DNA from: an uncultured Poribacteria bacterium
GTDB taxonomy: Bacteria; Poribacteria; WGA-4E; WGA-3G
DNA length: 64,000 nt
Assembly: GCA_958296135.2 (NCBI GenBank)
Contig: CATQHZ020000001.1
Location: 416,001 to 480,000 of the forward strand
Reading direction: 5' to 3'
Numbering within the stretch: position 1 is the stretch's first letter; each line of letters begins with the position of its first letter. The position numbers were made by a program, and so were the translations under genes. This document shows positions 1 through 10,099 of the stretch, piece after piece. The notes under the pieces were generated by a model that ran no database searches, had not been told where the DNA came from, and was given only the letters and a program-made list of their open reading frames with translations.

Positions 1-488
1 ATATTCGGGCTAGGCTCACCAAGCACCACGAGCACCTTCCCTTCCGCATTCAATGCCTTAAGCAGGTTTACCATGTCCTTCGTGCGGGGCCGTTCAAGCG
101 TAAAGTCTTCAACGAGGATGCACTGCTGATTTTGGAACCTGTCGGCGAGCGCGCTGTGTAGTCCGAGGCGGCGTAGCTGCTTCGGGGTGTGCTGCCGATA
201 ACTCCGAGGTTTCGGCCCGAAGGCGACACCGCCATGCACTCGAATCGGGGATTTGGCATGCCCCACGCGGGCCCTGCCAGTTCCCTTCTGGCGGTATAAT
301 TTCTTCCCACTGCCTTTCACTTCGCTGCGCGTTTTTGTGGATGCCGTGCCTTGCCGCTGATTCGCAAGATACGCGACAACGCACTGGTGGATTACAGGCC
401 CGTTCACCTCAGCCTGCGTAAACGCATTCGAGAGCTCCTTCTCGTGAAGGACCGCGCCCTTGCGAGTGTGAACCGCTAGCGTTGACAT
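1..488 (-). CDS. rplD: 50S ribosomal protein L4 (3' end outside window)
   Basis: Manual translation from ATG at 488: MSTLAVHTRKG...YLANQRQGTASTKTRSEVKGSGKKLYRQKGTGRARVG...GGVAFGPKPRSY; directly downstream of rplC; missing from the ORF track because it runs off the window. Confidence 0.95.
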   Translation of the reverse strand, partial: MSTLAVHTRKGAVLHEKELSNAFTQAEVNGPVIHQCVVAYLANQRQGTASTKTRSEVKGSGKKLYRQKGTGRARVGHAKSPIRVHGGVAFGPKPRSYRQHTPKQLRRLGLHSALADRFQNQQCILVEDFTLERPRTKDMVNLLKALNAEGKVLVVLGEPSPN

Positions 489-500
489 CACTTCTTCTCC

Positions 501-1145
501 TTATGCTTTCGGTGCCGCTTTGGAAGCCTGCCTGATTAACAGCAGACCATTCGTCGGGCCCGGAACCGCCCCTTTCACCACAAGCAAATTTCGTTCGGCA
601 TCCGCTTGGATGATAGGTAAATTTTGGACGGTATGCCGTTTGGCACCGTAGCGGCCCGCCATCCGTTTGCCTTTGAAAACCCGTGAGGGAGTCGCACTCG
701 CGCCGATGGAGCCGGGCCGACGCAGGTCTTGCTCACCCCCGTGGCTCTTTTTTCCCCCGGCGAAATGCCACCGTTTGACAACCCCGGAGAAGCCGTGTCC
801 CTTCGAGGTGCCGCTCACGTCAACGAGCTCGCCTTCTGAAAAGAGGCTGGCATCAATAACGCTGCCCACAGTTACGTCGGCGAGGCTTTTCACACGGAAT
901 TCGCGGAGCACCCAAGTGGGTTCAACTTGCGCCTTCGCGAAATGTCCCTGCTTCGGCCGGCTCGTCCGGCTCTCTTTCCGTTCTCCGAACCCCAATTGGA
1001 CTGCCTGATACCCGTCTCTCTCTTGCGTTTTGAGTTGGACAATCGGACAAGGCCCTGCTTCGATAACGGTAACAGGCACGACTTTCCCGGATTCCTCAAA
1101 GACCTGGGTCATGCCGATTTTTCGTCCGATGATTCCGTTCACCAT
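501..1145 (-). CDS. rplC: 50S ribosomal protein L3
   Basis: GRKIGMTQVF, VPVTVIE, GTSKGHGFSG, RRPGSIG, KGKRMAG motifs; S10 operon order. Confidence 0.98.
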   Translation of the reverse strand: MVNGIIGRKIGMTQVFEESGKVVPVTVIEAGPCPIVQLKTQERDGYQAVQLGFGERKESRTSRPKQGHFAKAQVEPTWVLREFRVKSLADVTVGSVIDASLFSEGELVDVSGTSKGHGFSGVVKRWHFAGGKKSHGGEQDLRRPGSIGASATPSRVFKGKRMAGRYGAKRHTVQNLPIIQADAERNLLVVKGAVPGPTNGLLLIRQASKAAPKA

Positions 1146-1156
1146 TTTATTTCTCC

Positions 1157-1210
1157 TTAGGACTTACGCGGAACAAACTCCATAGGTGCGCTTACAAAGC
1201 GCGCCTACCA
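1157..1210 (-). repeat. GGACTTACGC motif plus GTAGG-type REP between rpsJ and rplC
   Basis: Minus strand GGTAGGCGCGCTTTGTAAGCGCACC hairpin; ttaggacttacgc at 1157. Confidence 0.6.
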
Positions 1211-1257
1211 GATGGGTGTTTTCGGTTTCCGACGAAGCCGAGCCCTCAGGTGGGTGC

Positions 1258-1569
1258 TTACAATAGGATGATTTTGACATCCACCCCGGCAGGCAGGTCC
1301 AAGCGCATCAAAGCATCCACGGTCTTGGGTGTCGTCTCAAGGATATCCAACAACCGCTTGTGAATCCGCATTTCAAATTGCTCACGCGACTTCTTGTCTT
1401 TAAAGGTTGAACGCTGGACAGTATAGATATGCTTCTTCGTAGGCAACGGAATCGGTCCGGAGACAGTTGCGCCGGTGCGTTTGGCGGTATCCGCTATCTG
1501 CTTTGACGACAGGTCCAACAACCGATAGTCAAAGGCCTTGAGCCGGATGCGAATTTTCTGGTTGTCCAT
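1258..1569 (-). CDS. rpsJ: 30S ribosomal protein S10
   Basis: [41 protein letters not shown]. Confidence 0.99.
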   Translation of the reverse strand: MDNQKIRIRLKAFDYRLLDLSSKQIADTAKRTGATVSGPIPLPTKKHIYTVQRSTFKDKKSREQFEMRIHKRLLDILETTPKTVDALMRLDLPAGVDVKIILL

Positions 1570-1634
1570 TTCTTGTCCTTTTGATATAGCCCCGAGGGGG
1601 AGTTTTTACGCCTCTTCGGGGCCATCCAGCAGCA

Positions 1635-2834
1635 TTAGTCAAGGATTTTAGAGACAACGCCGGCCCCGATGGTATGGCCGCCTTCGCGGATAGCGAATCG
1701 GAGCTGTTCCTCCATAGCAATCGGCTTGGAGAGTTCCACCGTAATCTGCGCATTGTCGCCGGGCATAATCATCTCAATCCCTTCGGGCAGATCCATGTTC
1801 CCGGTTACGTCTGTCGTCCGGAAATAGAACTGCGGGCGGTATCCGCTAAAGAAGGGGTTCCAGCGGCCGCCTTCTTCCTTGGTGAGGATATAGGCTTCCG
1901 CTTCAAACTTCGTATGCGGTGTGACTGTGCCTGGAATCGCGAGGACTTGTCCGCGCTCCACTTCGTCCCGGTCGATGCCGCGAATCAGCGCGCCGATGTT
2001 GTCCCCCGCTTGCCCCTGGTCAAGGAGTTTGCGGAACATCTCCACGCCGGTGACGACGGTGTCCTGAGTCTCTCTCAGTCCGACGATTTCGACAGTATCG
2101 TTGGTGTGAATAACCCCGCGTTCCACGCGTCCGGTGACAACTGTGCCGCGTCCACTGATGGTGAAGATATCTTCAATAGGCATCAGGAACGGCTTTTCGG
2201 TATCGCGGACAGGCTCGGGGATGTATTCATCAACGGCTTCCATAAGTTCGCGGATAGGCTTACACGCGGCACTCTCCGGGTTGCCGGCGGCTTCCATTGC
2301 TTCGAGGGCAGAACCCGCGATGACAGGGACATCGTCGCCGGGGAATTCATATTCCGTGAGCAATTCGCGGACTTCCAATTCAACGAGCTCCAGCAGTTCG
2401 TCGTCATCCACCATGTCTGCCTTGTTGAGGAAGACGACGAGGGAGGGGACGTTGACTTGGCGTGCGAGGAGCACGTGTTCGCGTGTCTGCGGCATGGGGC
2501 CGTCGGCGGCAGAGACGACGAGGATTGCGCCGTCCATCTGCGCGGCACCGGTAATCATGTTTTTGATGTAATCCGCGTGCCCGGGGCAGTCTACGTGCGC
2601 GTAGTGCCGATTCTCTGTTTCGTATTCGACGTGTGCCGTGTTAATCGTAATGCCACGCTCTTTCTCTTCTGGTGCCTTGTCAATTTCGTCATACGTCATG
2701 ACGTAGTCTTTGCTGGCGAGATTGGAGAGCACCATGGTAATCGCCGCCGTGAGCGTCGTCTTACCGTGGTCTACGTGGCCGATTGTTCCAATATTGACGT
2801 GTGGCTTAGTTCTTTCAAAAGTTTCCTTAGCCAT
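1635..2834 (-). CDS. tuf: Elongation factor Tu
   Basis: [36 protein letters not shown]. Confidence 0.99.
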   Translation of the reverse strand: MAKETFERTKPHVNIGTIGHVDHGKTTLTAAITMVLSNLASKDYVMTYDEIDKAPEEKERGITINTAHVEYETENRHYAHVDCPGHADYIKNMITGAAQMDGAILVVSAADGPMPQTREHVLLARQVNVPSLVVFLNKADMVDDDELLELVELEVRELLTEYEFPGDDVPVIAGSALEAMEAAGNPESAACKPIRELMEAVDEYIPEPVRDTEKPFLMPIEDIFTISGRGTVVTGRVERGVIHTNDTVEIVGLRETQDTVVTGVEMFRKLLDQGQAGDNIGALIRGIDRDEVERGQVLAIPGTVTPHTKFEAEAYILTKEEGGRWNPFFSGYRPQFYFRTTDVTGNMDLPEGIEMIMPGDNAQITVELSKPIAMEEQLRFAIREGGHTIGAGVVSKILD

Positions 2835-2880
2835 TCTTTTTATCCTTTGCTAGTTGACAACAAGTATTACAAGCGACGGT

Positions 2881-2911
2881 TGCGAGGGACAGGTTTTCCC
2901 TCGCGCTACGG
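2881..2911 (-). repeat. GTAG-type REP palindrome
   Basis: tgcgagggacaggttttccctcgcgctacgg between fusA and tuf. Confidence 0.85.
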
Positions 2912-2934
2912 GTTCGTATCCGTTTGTCGCCTAA

Positions 2935-5046
2935 TTAATTACCAATTAAGTCTTCCCTCACGCTCGTGGGGACTTCGCTATAGTGCGAAAACTCCATGGA
3001 ATAGTTCGCCCTACCCTGTGTCAGGGAGCGGAGCGTCTTGACGTAACCGAACATTTCTGACAGCGGGACATCGACGAGGATATGCTGGATACGCGATTTC
3101 GTCTGCCGCCCGGTGTCTCGCTGCGCCGTTTCACGAATCTGTGCGCGCCGAGAATTCAGGTCACCGATGACTTTGCCGAGATACTCGTCCGGGACGATGA
3201 CTTCAACGTCCATAATCGGTTCAAGGAGCGTCGGATTCGCGCGTTTCATCGCATCCTTAAACGCCATTGAACCCGCAATGCCGAACGCGATTTCCGAAGA
3301 ATCAACGGGGTGGTGTGAGCCATCTATCAGCCGCACCGATACGTCAACGACTGGGTAGCCTGCTAGCACGCCGGCACTCATCGCATTTTCAATGCCTTTC
3401 CGAACGGCAGGGATATATTCCTGAGGAATGATACCCCCTTTCGTTTCGTCAGCGAATGCAAAGCCGTATCCCTTTTCAAGCGGTTCAACCTCAATCACGA
3501 CGTGCCCAAATTGGCCTCTGCCCCCGGATTGCCGCACGAAACGGCCAACCGATGTGACAGGTTCAAGGAGTGTCTCCCGATACGCCACTTCTGGGTTACC
3601 GACGTTCGCCGAGACGTTGAATTCGCGAACCAGCCGGTCTACGATGATTTCAAGGTGGAGTTCACCCATGCCGGAGAGTAACGTCTGCCCTGTTTCTGCG
3701 TCCTGATGCACCTTAAACGTCGGATCTTCCTCCGCCAGTTTTAAGAGTGCTAGGTTCAGCTTATCAATATCCGATTGTGTGCGCGGCTCGACGGCGATGG
3801 CCATCACTGGGAGCGGGAACTCCATCGTTTCTAGCGTGATATGGCCTTTCACGTCGCAGAGCGTATCGCCGGTCGAAATTTCCTTTAACCCGATGGCTGC
3901 TGCGATGTCGCCGGCGTAGACAGCGTGTTGCTCCTCGCGTTTGTTGGCGTGCATCTGCATCAAGCGGCCGATGCGTTCGTGCCTGCCGCGTTTGCTGTTG
4001 TAAACGGTGTCGCCCTTCCTCAGTACGCCGGAATAGACGCGGAGATACGTTAATTTGCCGACGTGCGGGTCCGTTATAATTTTGAACGCCAGTGCGCAGA
4101 ACGGCTCATCGTCGCGCGCGTGCCGAGTCTCGTCGGTTTCTGTCTTGGGGTTGATTCCGACAATCGGCGGTACATCTGTGGGTGCCGGCAGATAAGAGAC
4201 AATCGCGTCCAACAGCGGTTGGACGCCCTTGTTCTTCAAAGCCGTTCCGCACAAAACCGGCACAACGTTGCCGTGTAGCACGGCGTTTCTCAAGCCAGAC
4301 TTTATTTCTTCCGGTGAGAGTTCAACACCGTCGAGATACCGTTCTAGGAGTGCGTCATCGGAGTCGGCGATAGCGTCAAGCATCTGTTCGCGATACTCGT
4401 TCGCCATCGATTCTATCTCGGTCGGAATGTCTGTCTCATGGATGAGGGAGCCATCGCCGGTGGTATCCCACAGTTGCGCCTTCATGGCGATGAGATCTAC
4501 GATGCCGCTGAACCCTTCGGCAGAACCGATGGGGAGCTGCACCGGCATCGCTGTTGCGCCGAGCCGTTCTTCCATCATCTCCACGGTGCGGAAGAAGTCC
4601 GCGCCGGTTCTGTCCATCTTATTGACGAACGCGACCCGCGGGATATTGTATTTATCTGCCTGCCGCCAGACCGTTTCGGACTGCGGTTCGACCCCGCCGA
4701 CTGCACAGAAGACAGCGACGGCTCCGTCAAGGACGCGCAGTGAGCGTTCTACCTCAACGGTAAAATCAATATGCCCCGGCGTATCAATGATGTTGATCTG
4801 GTGCTTTTTCCATTGACAGGTTGTGGCGGCGGCGGTAATCGTAATGCCGCGTTCTTGTTCCTGCACCATCCAGTCCATCGTTGTCGTGCCATCGTCAACA
4901 TCACCGATGCGGTAGACTCTGCCGGTATAATATAAAATCCGTTCGGTTACCGTAGTCTTTCCGGCATCAATATGCGCCATAATGCCGATATTCCGCATGT
5001 GTGGCAGTTCTAGGCGTTGTGGGGTGTTGTCCTTTTTATCAGCCAT
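2935..5046 (-). CDS. fusA: Elongation factor G
   Basis: [44 protein letters not shown]. Confidence 0.99.
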   Translation of the reverse strand: MADKKDNTPQRLELPHMRNIGIMAHIDAGKTTVTERILYYTGRVYRIGDVDDGTTTMDWMVQEQERGITITAAATTCQWKKHQINIIDTPGHIDFTVEVERSLRVLDGAVAVFCAVGGVEPQSETVWRQADKYNIPRVAFVNKMDRTGADFFRTVEMMEERLGATAMPVQLPIGSAEGFSGIVDLIAMKAQLWDTTGDGSLIHETDIPTEIESMANEYREQMLDAIADSDDALLERYLDGVELSPEEIKSGLRNAVLHGNVVPVLCGTALKNKGVQPLLDAIVSYLPAPTDVPPIVGINPKTETDETRHARDDEPFCALAFKIITDPHVGKLTYLRVYSGVLRKGDTVYNSKRGRHERIGRLMQMHANKREEQHAVYAGDIAAAIGLKEISTGDTLCDVKGHITLETMEFPLPVMAIAVEPRTQSDIDKLNLALLKLAEEDPTFKVHQDAETGQTLLSGMGELHLEIIVDRLVREFNVSANVGNPEVAYRETLLEPVTSVGRFVRQSGGRGQFGHVVIEVEPLEKGYGFAFADETKGGIIPQEYIPAVRKGIENAMSAGVLAGYPVVDVSVRLIDGSHHPVDSSEIAFGIAGSMAFKDAMKRANPTLLEPIMDVEVIVPDEYLGKVIGDLNSRRAQIRETAQRDTGRQTKSRIQHILVDVPLSEMFGYVKTLRSLTQGRANYSMEFSHYSEVPTSVREDLIGN

Positions 5047-5259
5047 TTTTGTCCTTCAGAACTGACGCAGGTTCCATAATACCCAATTAACTTCTATAGT
5101 CAGGACAAGCTCAGACGAGCCCGAACGACAGCGGTGAATTCGGTATAATAGTTTTTCCGTAGGCCCGCTTTGTAAACGCGCCTCCCGGTTCCTGCTACGT
5201 GAGTTCTATCCCTCTTGGCAGCGTTTAAGAACCAGTCGCGATTCCTAAACTCTCTGCTG

Positions 5260-5730
5260 CTACCATCGGTAATGCGCGAAGGCTCTGTTGGCCTCGGCCA
5301 TTCGATGTTGTTCTTGTTTTCGTCGGATTGCGCCGCCTTCGTTTCGCGAGGCATCCATCAGTTCGCCCGCGAGGCGTTCGGCCATCCGTTTTTCGCCGCG
5401 GCTGCGCGCCGATTGGATTATCCAACTGAAGGCGAGCCGGGTTTTTCGCTCCGCCTTCACGTCAATCGGCACCTGATAGGTTTGGCTCCCCACGCGCCGT
5501 GGGCGAATTTCCAAGACTGGCTTGACGTTATTAATCGCTTGGCGAAACACGGCGAAGCCGTCTTCGCTCATTCGCGATTCAATAATCTCAAAACTCTCAT
5601 AGAGAATGCGTTGAGCCGTGCTTTTCTTCCCATCCAGCATGAGGCTATTGATAAATTTTGACACTACCTTGCTGCTGTGGATAGCATCCGGGCTGACATC
5701 GCGCTTGGCGACGTTTCCACGTCTCGGCAT
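5260..5730 (-). CDS. rpsG: 30S ribosomal protein S7
   Basis: MPRRG, DGKKSTA, YQVP, HRMAEANRAFAHYRW. Confidence 0.99.
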   Translation of the reverse strand: MPRRGNVAKRDVSPDAIHSSKVVSKFINSLMLDGKKSTAQRILYESFEIIESRMSEDGFAVFRQAINNVKPVLEIRPRRVGSQTYQVPIDVKAERKTRLAFSWIIQSARSRGEKRMAERLAGELMDASRNEGGAIRRKQEQHRMAEANRAFAHYRW

Positions 5731-5757
5731 GTTGTTCCTCCGGTTCTACAGAAGGCG

Positions 5758-6129
5758 TTAAGCCGGTTTCCTCGCGCCGTATTTTGAGCGGCCCTGCCGC
5801 CGGTTCTCTACACCCGCGGTATCCAGTTTGCCGCGGACAATGTGGTACCGGACATTGGAGAGGTCCTTCACACGGCCCCCGCGCACCAAGACGACGGAGT
5901 GCTCTTGCAAATTGTGGTCGATCCCCGGAATATAGCAGGTGGCCTCATAGCCTGAGGTGAACCGCACGCGGGCTACCTTGCGCAATGCCGAATTCGGTTT
6001 GTTCGGCGTAACCGTTTTCACCTGTAAACAGATGCCCCGACGCTGAGGGCACTGCTGTAACACCGGTGATTTCGTCTTCTTCCGGTACTGCTTGCGCGGT
6101 TTTTTGATTAGCTGATTAATTGTCGGCAT
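5758..6129 (-). CDS. rpsL: 30S ribosomal protein S12 (unusual TPNKP and KDLSN motifs)
   Basis: [44 protein letters not shown]. Confidence 0.99.
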   Translation of the reverse strand: MPTINQLIKKPRKQYRKKTKSPVLQQCPQRRGICLQVKTVTPNKPNSALRKVARVRFTSGYEATCYIPGIDHNLQEHSVVLVRGGRVKDLSNVRYHIVRGKLDTAGVENRRQGRSKYGARKPA

Positions 6130-6411
6130 TTTCCTAAGTCCTTCGTTGTGCGCGATTGGAAACCGCGCCTACCGGGTTCGGCGCGCCCGAATCGACAGCG
6201 GCGAACCTATATGCATAAAAAAAGCCCCAAGCGGGGCCATGCAAGTCGGGTGCTGATGACAGCGCGCATCGCGCGACATCAACGCCGTATTGCAAATCTC
6301 TGAACACATTAAACGTGAAATAGCGAGTCAACGTTAGAATGTTTCCAAATAATTGCCCCTTTTCTTGTCCTAAAAGACTAAAAAAGACCCGGGAGGGTTT
6401 CCAAAAGTATA

Positions 6412-6440
6412 ATTATACCACAAAAATGTCAGTTTGTCAA
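6412..6440 (-). promoter_or_regulatory. sigma70-type promoter for the str operon
   Basis: Minus strand TTGACA-17 bp-TATAAT with extended -10 TG, about 280 bp upstream of rpsL. Confidence 0.8.
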
Positions 6441-6490
6441 ATTTTTCTTCGTTTTTTTTGAAAAAAAGTGACATTTTGTCAAATTTTTAA

Positions 6491-7705
6491 CTATTTTTTC
6501 AGTTTTCCGCGCAGAATGACGCTTTGGACGCTCAAATTTGGGTCCAACATGACGATATCCGCCGCTTTGCCGCGCGCAATTGAACCCATCCTGTTGGCAA
6601 TGCCTAAATTTCGCGCGGGCGTTAACGTTGCCATCGTCAGCGCGTCCTCTAGCGAATAGCCCCAATCGATGACGTTCCGGAGGCCCTCCATCAACGTAAC
6701 GTTTGCCCCGGCGAGCCGTTCTGTCGGTTTCCCGACATCGAGATACATCGCTCCAGCTTTGACAAACTTTTCTGCATCCAAACGATACGCCTCCAGTTCC
6801 GGCATATAGGTTGCACGCGCTTGCCATTCTTGGGGAGGCACTCCGGCGAGCTCGGTGCAGTCCGTAATCAGCCCGACACTCTCTGTGCCCTTCCGTCGGA
6901 TGAGCGCGTCACCCCAAAAGGGAGAGACGTGCCGTTCATCGACAATCAACTCCGCGTGGATGTCTTGATGCGCGAGGACTGCCTCAACTGCTCCGAGGTC
7001 GCGATGGTGCATGCCGCTCATCCCGTTAAAGGTATGCGTGGCGCGCGTGATGCCCGCGTCAATCGCCGCCATCGCCTCTTGATAGGTGGCATCCGTGTGT
7101 CCCATCGCAATGACAATGCCGTTATAGGCATCTGTCCTGAAAGTCGTGAGGTGCTTGATAAACCGAAAATCCTCATCCATCTCCGGCGCAACTGAAATCA
7201 CCTTGAGTGTGCCATCAGAAGCCGCCCACATGGAGTGGAATTCTTCAAAATTCGGCGGTGTGATAAACCGTGCATCCTGTGCGCCATTCCTCGCGAGACT
7301 GCCGAATTTCCCCTCTACATAGGCACCTAAAACACGGGCCCCGTCATCAACTGGGGCATCGACGACATTCGCTATCGCCTGCAACGCGCCGTTGATTACC
7401 TCCATGCTGGCAGATGAGATTCCCAAGACGAGCGTGGTGACACCTGCTGCCGCGTGTGCGCGTGCGACGCGCTGAATGTCTGCGACGCGGCCCGTCATCG
7501 TATCGCAGCCACCGCCGCCGTGAACAAGGCCGTCGATGAGGCCGGGGATGAGCATGCACCCGGTCGCGTCAATGACGTTAGCTTTGTCTGGCACAGCCCC
7601 GCTTGTCGTTACCTCTGTTATTGTGTCACCGTGAATGACGATTGTTCCGCGCCCGATATGCTTCGGCGTGTAGATGTCGCCATTCGTGATAGTCAGCGTT
7701 TCCAT
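6491..7705 (-). CDS. nagA: N-acetylglucosamine-6-phosphate deacetylase-like amidohydrolase (divergent)
   Basis: PGLID.VHGGGG, EG.F, APE, GHTDAT, THTFNGM, TPARNLG, GSIARGKAADIV. Confidence 0.75.
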   Translation of the reverse strand: METLTITNGDIYTPKHIGRGTIVIHGDTITEVTTSGAVPDKANVIDATGCMLIPGLIDGLVHGGGGCDTMTGRVADIQRVARAHAAAGVTTLVLGISSASMEVINGALQAIANVVDAPVDDGARVLGAYVEGKFGSLARNGAQDARFITPPNFEEFHSMWAASDGTLKVISVAPEMDEDFRFIKHLTTFRTDAYNGIVIAMGHTDATYQEAMAAIDAGITRATHTFNGMSGMHHRDLGAVEAVLAHQDIHAELIVDERHVSPFWGDALIRRKGTESVGLITDCTELAGVPPQEWQARATYMPELEAYRLDAEKFVKAGAMYLDVGKPTERLAGANVTLMEGLRNVIDWGYSLEDALTMATLTPARNLGIANRMGSIARGKAADIVMLDPNLSVQSVILRGKLKK

Positions 7706-7707
7706 TT

Positions 7708-8211
7708 TTATGGTTCAGCAACAGTTCTTCGTGCTAAAAAGAGAAAACTATAGGCGTATGGATTTTTCTCATCCGGTTCGCAATCGATGCGTTTCACCTC
7801 TTGCCACGCCGATGAATCAAACGCGGGGAAGTAAATGTTTCCCTCAAACGTTGCATGCACTCTCGTCAGATAGAGCCGGTGCGCGTGTGGCAAAAAGGCT
7901 TGATAAATCGGCGCGCCGCCGCATACCATGAGTTCTTCGGCATCGGCGGCAATATCCAAGACTTCTTCTACTGAATGCGCAACGAGACAGCCGGACGGAG
8001 CCTGATACTTCATGTTGCGTGTCAGGATGATGTTAAGCCGTTTGCCGAGGGGACGCTTCAGCGTTTCAAACGTCTTCCTGCCCATGACGACAGGTTTGCC
8101 CACGGTCATGTCCCGAAAGTGCCGCCGGTCTGCAGGCAGTTGCCAGGGGATATCCGGTCCGTTGCCGATGAGGCGGTTTTGGTCCATTGCGGCGATGAGT
8201 GAGATGCGCAT
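7708..8211 (-). CDS. folA: Dihydrofolate reductase
   Basis: ISLIAAMDQNRLIG, IPWQLPAD, VVMGRKTFE, GGAPIY, YLTRV. Confidence 0.97.
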   Translation of the reverse strand: MRISLIAAMDQNRLIGNGPDIPWQLPADRRHFRDMTVGKPVVMGRKTFETLKRPLGKRLNIILTRNMKYQAPSGCLVAHSVEEVLDIAADAEELMVCGGAPIYQAFLPHAHRLYLTRVHATFEGNIYFPAFDSSAWQEVKRIDCEPDEKNPYAYSFLFLARRTVAEP

Positions 8212-8235
8212 GTTTCTTTCCAGATTGAAGCATGG

Positions 8236-8280
8236 TGAGGGAAACCCTCGGCGATTCGCGCTCGCCGGGCCCTCGCCCTA
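8236..8280 (-). repeat. Composite REP with internal GGCGAGCGCGAATCGCC hairpin
   Basis: Same composite at 27893-27942 and 59148-59200; overlaps the stop codon of the 8278-8793 ORF. Confidence 0.8.
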
Positions 8281-8793
8281 GGAGTCATCCTCTTTTTCTT
8301 CCTGCAATGCGCGTTCAGATTCTTCTATGCCGCTCAAAACCTGCTCTGCAAAGTGGATGACAGTTTCCCCAAGGAGGCGGGGTGCCAGTTTGATCTCGTC
8401 TTTCTCCTTCCACTCCACTTCAAATTCTTTGGCCTTGGCGAGTTCGTCAATGACATTTTCGACGGTTTTTGGCAGGACTTCAAAGTGCTCAGCGAGTTCG
8501 CTGATGCTCAAAGGTTCTTCAATTTGAAAAGCGAGCACCTCCATCCAGAGCCACATGCCGATGCGCCGCGCAAGCGGGGAGAGCTCCACCTCTGTATGCA
8601 CCAGGCGGGTTATTGCGGCGAAGCAGTAGGTGCCGTGATGCGGATAATCCGCCAATACTTCTTCCAATTCCTCAAAAGCGAGTTGGATTAAGAAGGCGGC
8701 TTCTTCCGGCAGCGAGAAGTCTTCAAGCGCGTCGGCGTAGTCGCCGTTGTGTTCCGGCCCGCCGAAGCTTAGGGTTCGCGGTTCGTGCGCCAT
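8278..8793 (-). CDS. Acidic hypothetical protein with possible HTH (SISELAEHFEVLPKTVENVIDEL)
   Basis: 171-aa ORF with GAGG RBS, between thyA and folA. Confidence 0.7.
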   Translation of the reverse strand: MAHEPRTLSFGGPEHNGDYADALEDFSLPEEAAFLIQLAFEELEEVLADYPHHGTYCFAAITRLVHTEVELSPLARRIGMWLWMEVLAFQIEEPLSISELAEHFEVLPKTVENVIDELAKAKEFEVEWKEKDEIKLAPRLLGETVIHFAEQVLSGIEESERALQEEKEDDS

Positions 8794-8817
8794 TTGCGTA
8801 TCCTCTATTCGACTCAG

Positions 8818-9624
8818 CTAGACAATCAGCGGTGCGCGAATCGTATCGTGGTGTCGGTAATCAACTAACCGAATGTCCTGCATCTTGAAATCGTCAATGC
8901 AGGTGACGTTGGAGTTCAGTGCCAGTTTCGGCGGCGGATGCGGTTCGCGCTGAAGCTGCGTTTTCACCTGCTCAAAATGCGCTTGATAGATGTGCGCGTC
9001 GCCCAAGGTAACGATAAACTCGCTTGGTTCAAGATGCGTCACTTGCGCTACCATTGACAGCAGCAGGGAATAGGACGCGATATTGAACGGCACACCGAGG
9101 AACATATCACAACTGCGGAGATACATTTGCAGCGACAACTTTCCATCGGCGACGAAAAATTGGAAAAGGATATGGCACGGTGGCAGTGCCATCTGCTCCA
9201 ATTCGCCGGGATTCCACGCGATGACGATGTGTCGACGGCTGTGCGGGTCCTCCTTTAGTTGCTTAATGACTGCCGCCAGCTGATCGTGTTCGCCGCCGCA
9301 TGCTGTTCTCCACTGCCGCCACTGAACTCCGTAAATTCTTCCGAGTTCTCCATCATGTCCATGTCCCCATGCGTCGGCGTTTGCGTCCCATATCCGCGTG
9401 CCGAGTTTTTGGAACTTTTCAACATTGTGATATGCGCGTAGAAACCCCAAGAGCTCGGCTTTGACGGACCGGAACGCGAGTTTCTTCGTCGTCACCGCAG
9501 GAAACCCTTCTTGGAGATTGTAGCGCATTTGCATGCCGAAGAGCGCGCGAGTGCCGCCGTTTCTGCCGGCGCGGTCCACCCCAGTATCCAGAATTTGCTG
9601 CAAGCCTTCCAAATAAGGTTTCAT
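8818..9624 (-). CDS. thyA: Thymidylate synthase
   Basis: FPAVTTKK, YGVQWR, MALPPCH, RSCDMFLGVPFNIASY, GDAHIY. Confidence 0.98.
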   Translation of the reverse strand: MKPYLEGLQQILDTGVDRAGRNGGTRALFGMQMRYNLQEGFPAVTTKKLAFRSVKAELLGFLRAYHNVEKFQKLGTRIWDANADAWGHGHDGELGRIYGVQWRQWRTACGGEHDQLAAVIKQLKEDPHSRRHIVIAWNPGELEQMALPPCHILFQFFVADGKLSLQMYLRSCDMFLGVPFNIASYSLLLSMVAQVTHLEPSEFIVTLGDAHIYQAHFEQVKTQLQREPHPPPKLALNSNVTCIDDFKMQDIRLVDYRHHDTIRAPLIV

Positions 9625-9635
9625 GCCTACCCTTT

Positions 9636-10067
9636 TTATCCATCCGTGCTGCCGAACCCGCCCCGAGAGAGTGCCGACATTTGCTCAACTTCGTTCCACT
9701 GCGCTATGTCCACCCGGACGAAGACGGCTTGCGCGATGCGACTGCCTCTCTCAATCGTGACCGGCTTATCGGTAAAATTGTAAACCTGAATTTTCAGTTC
9801 GTCGTTTTCGCCGCAGTAATCGTTGTCAACAACGCCGAGGCCTTGCGGCATCAGCAATCCGTGCTTTCGCGGGGTGCTACTTCGGAGGCACACCATCAGC
9901 ATATAGCCGGGCGGCGTCTTGACGATGACGTTCGCCGGGATGAGGACGATGCTTTGGGGTGCGATTTCGGCGGCTTCGCGGCAAAGCAGATCGAAGCCGA
10001 CAGAGCCCTCGGTTTCATATTTCGGCAACGGAAGCGTTTTATCGACGCGTTTGATATTAACGTTCAT
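9636..10067 (-). CDS. dut: Trimeric dUTPase
   Basis: GSVGFDL, RSS, GVVDNDYCG, RIAQ, RGGFGSTD (motifs I-V). Confidence 0.93.
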   Translation of the reverse strand: MNVNIKRVDKTLPLPKYETEGSVGFDLLCREAAEIAPQSIVLIPANVIVKTPPGYMLMVCLRSSTPRKHGLLMPQGLGVVDNDYCGENDELKIQVYNFTDKPVTIERGSRIAQAVFVRVDIAQWNEVEQMSALSRGGFGSTDG

Positions 10068-10099
10068 GTGCGGCGTGTTAACGAGCGGTTACTTCGGAA

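Noticed and set aside
1674-3041. 455-aa plus-strand ORF
   Set aside because: Antisense shadow of tuf.
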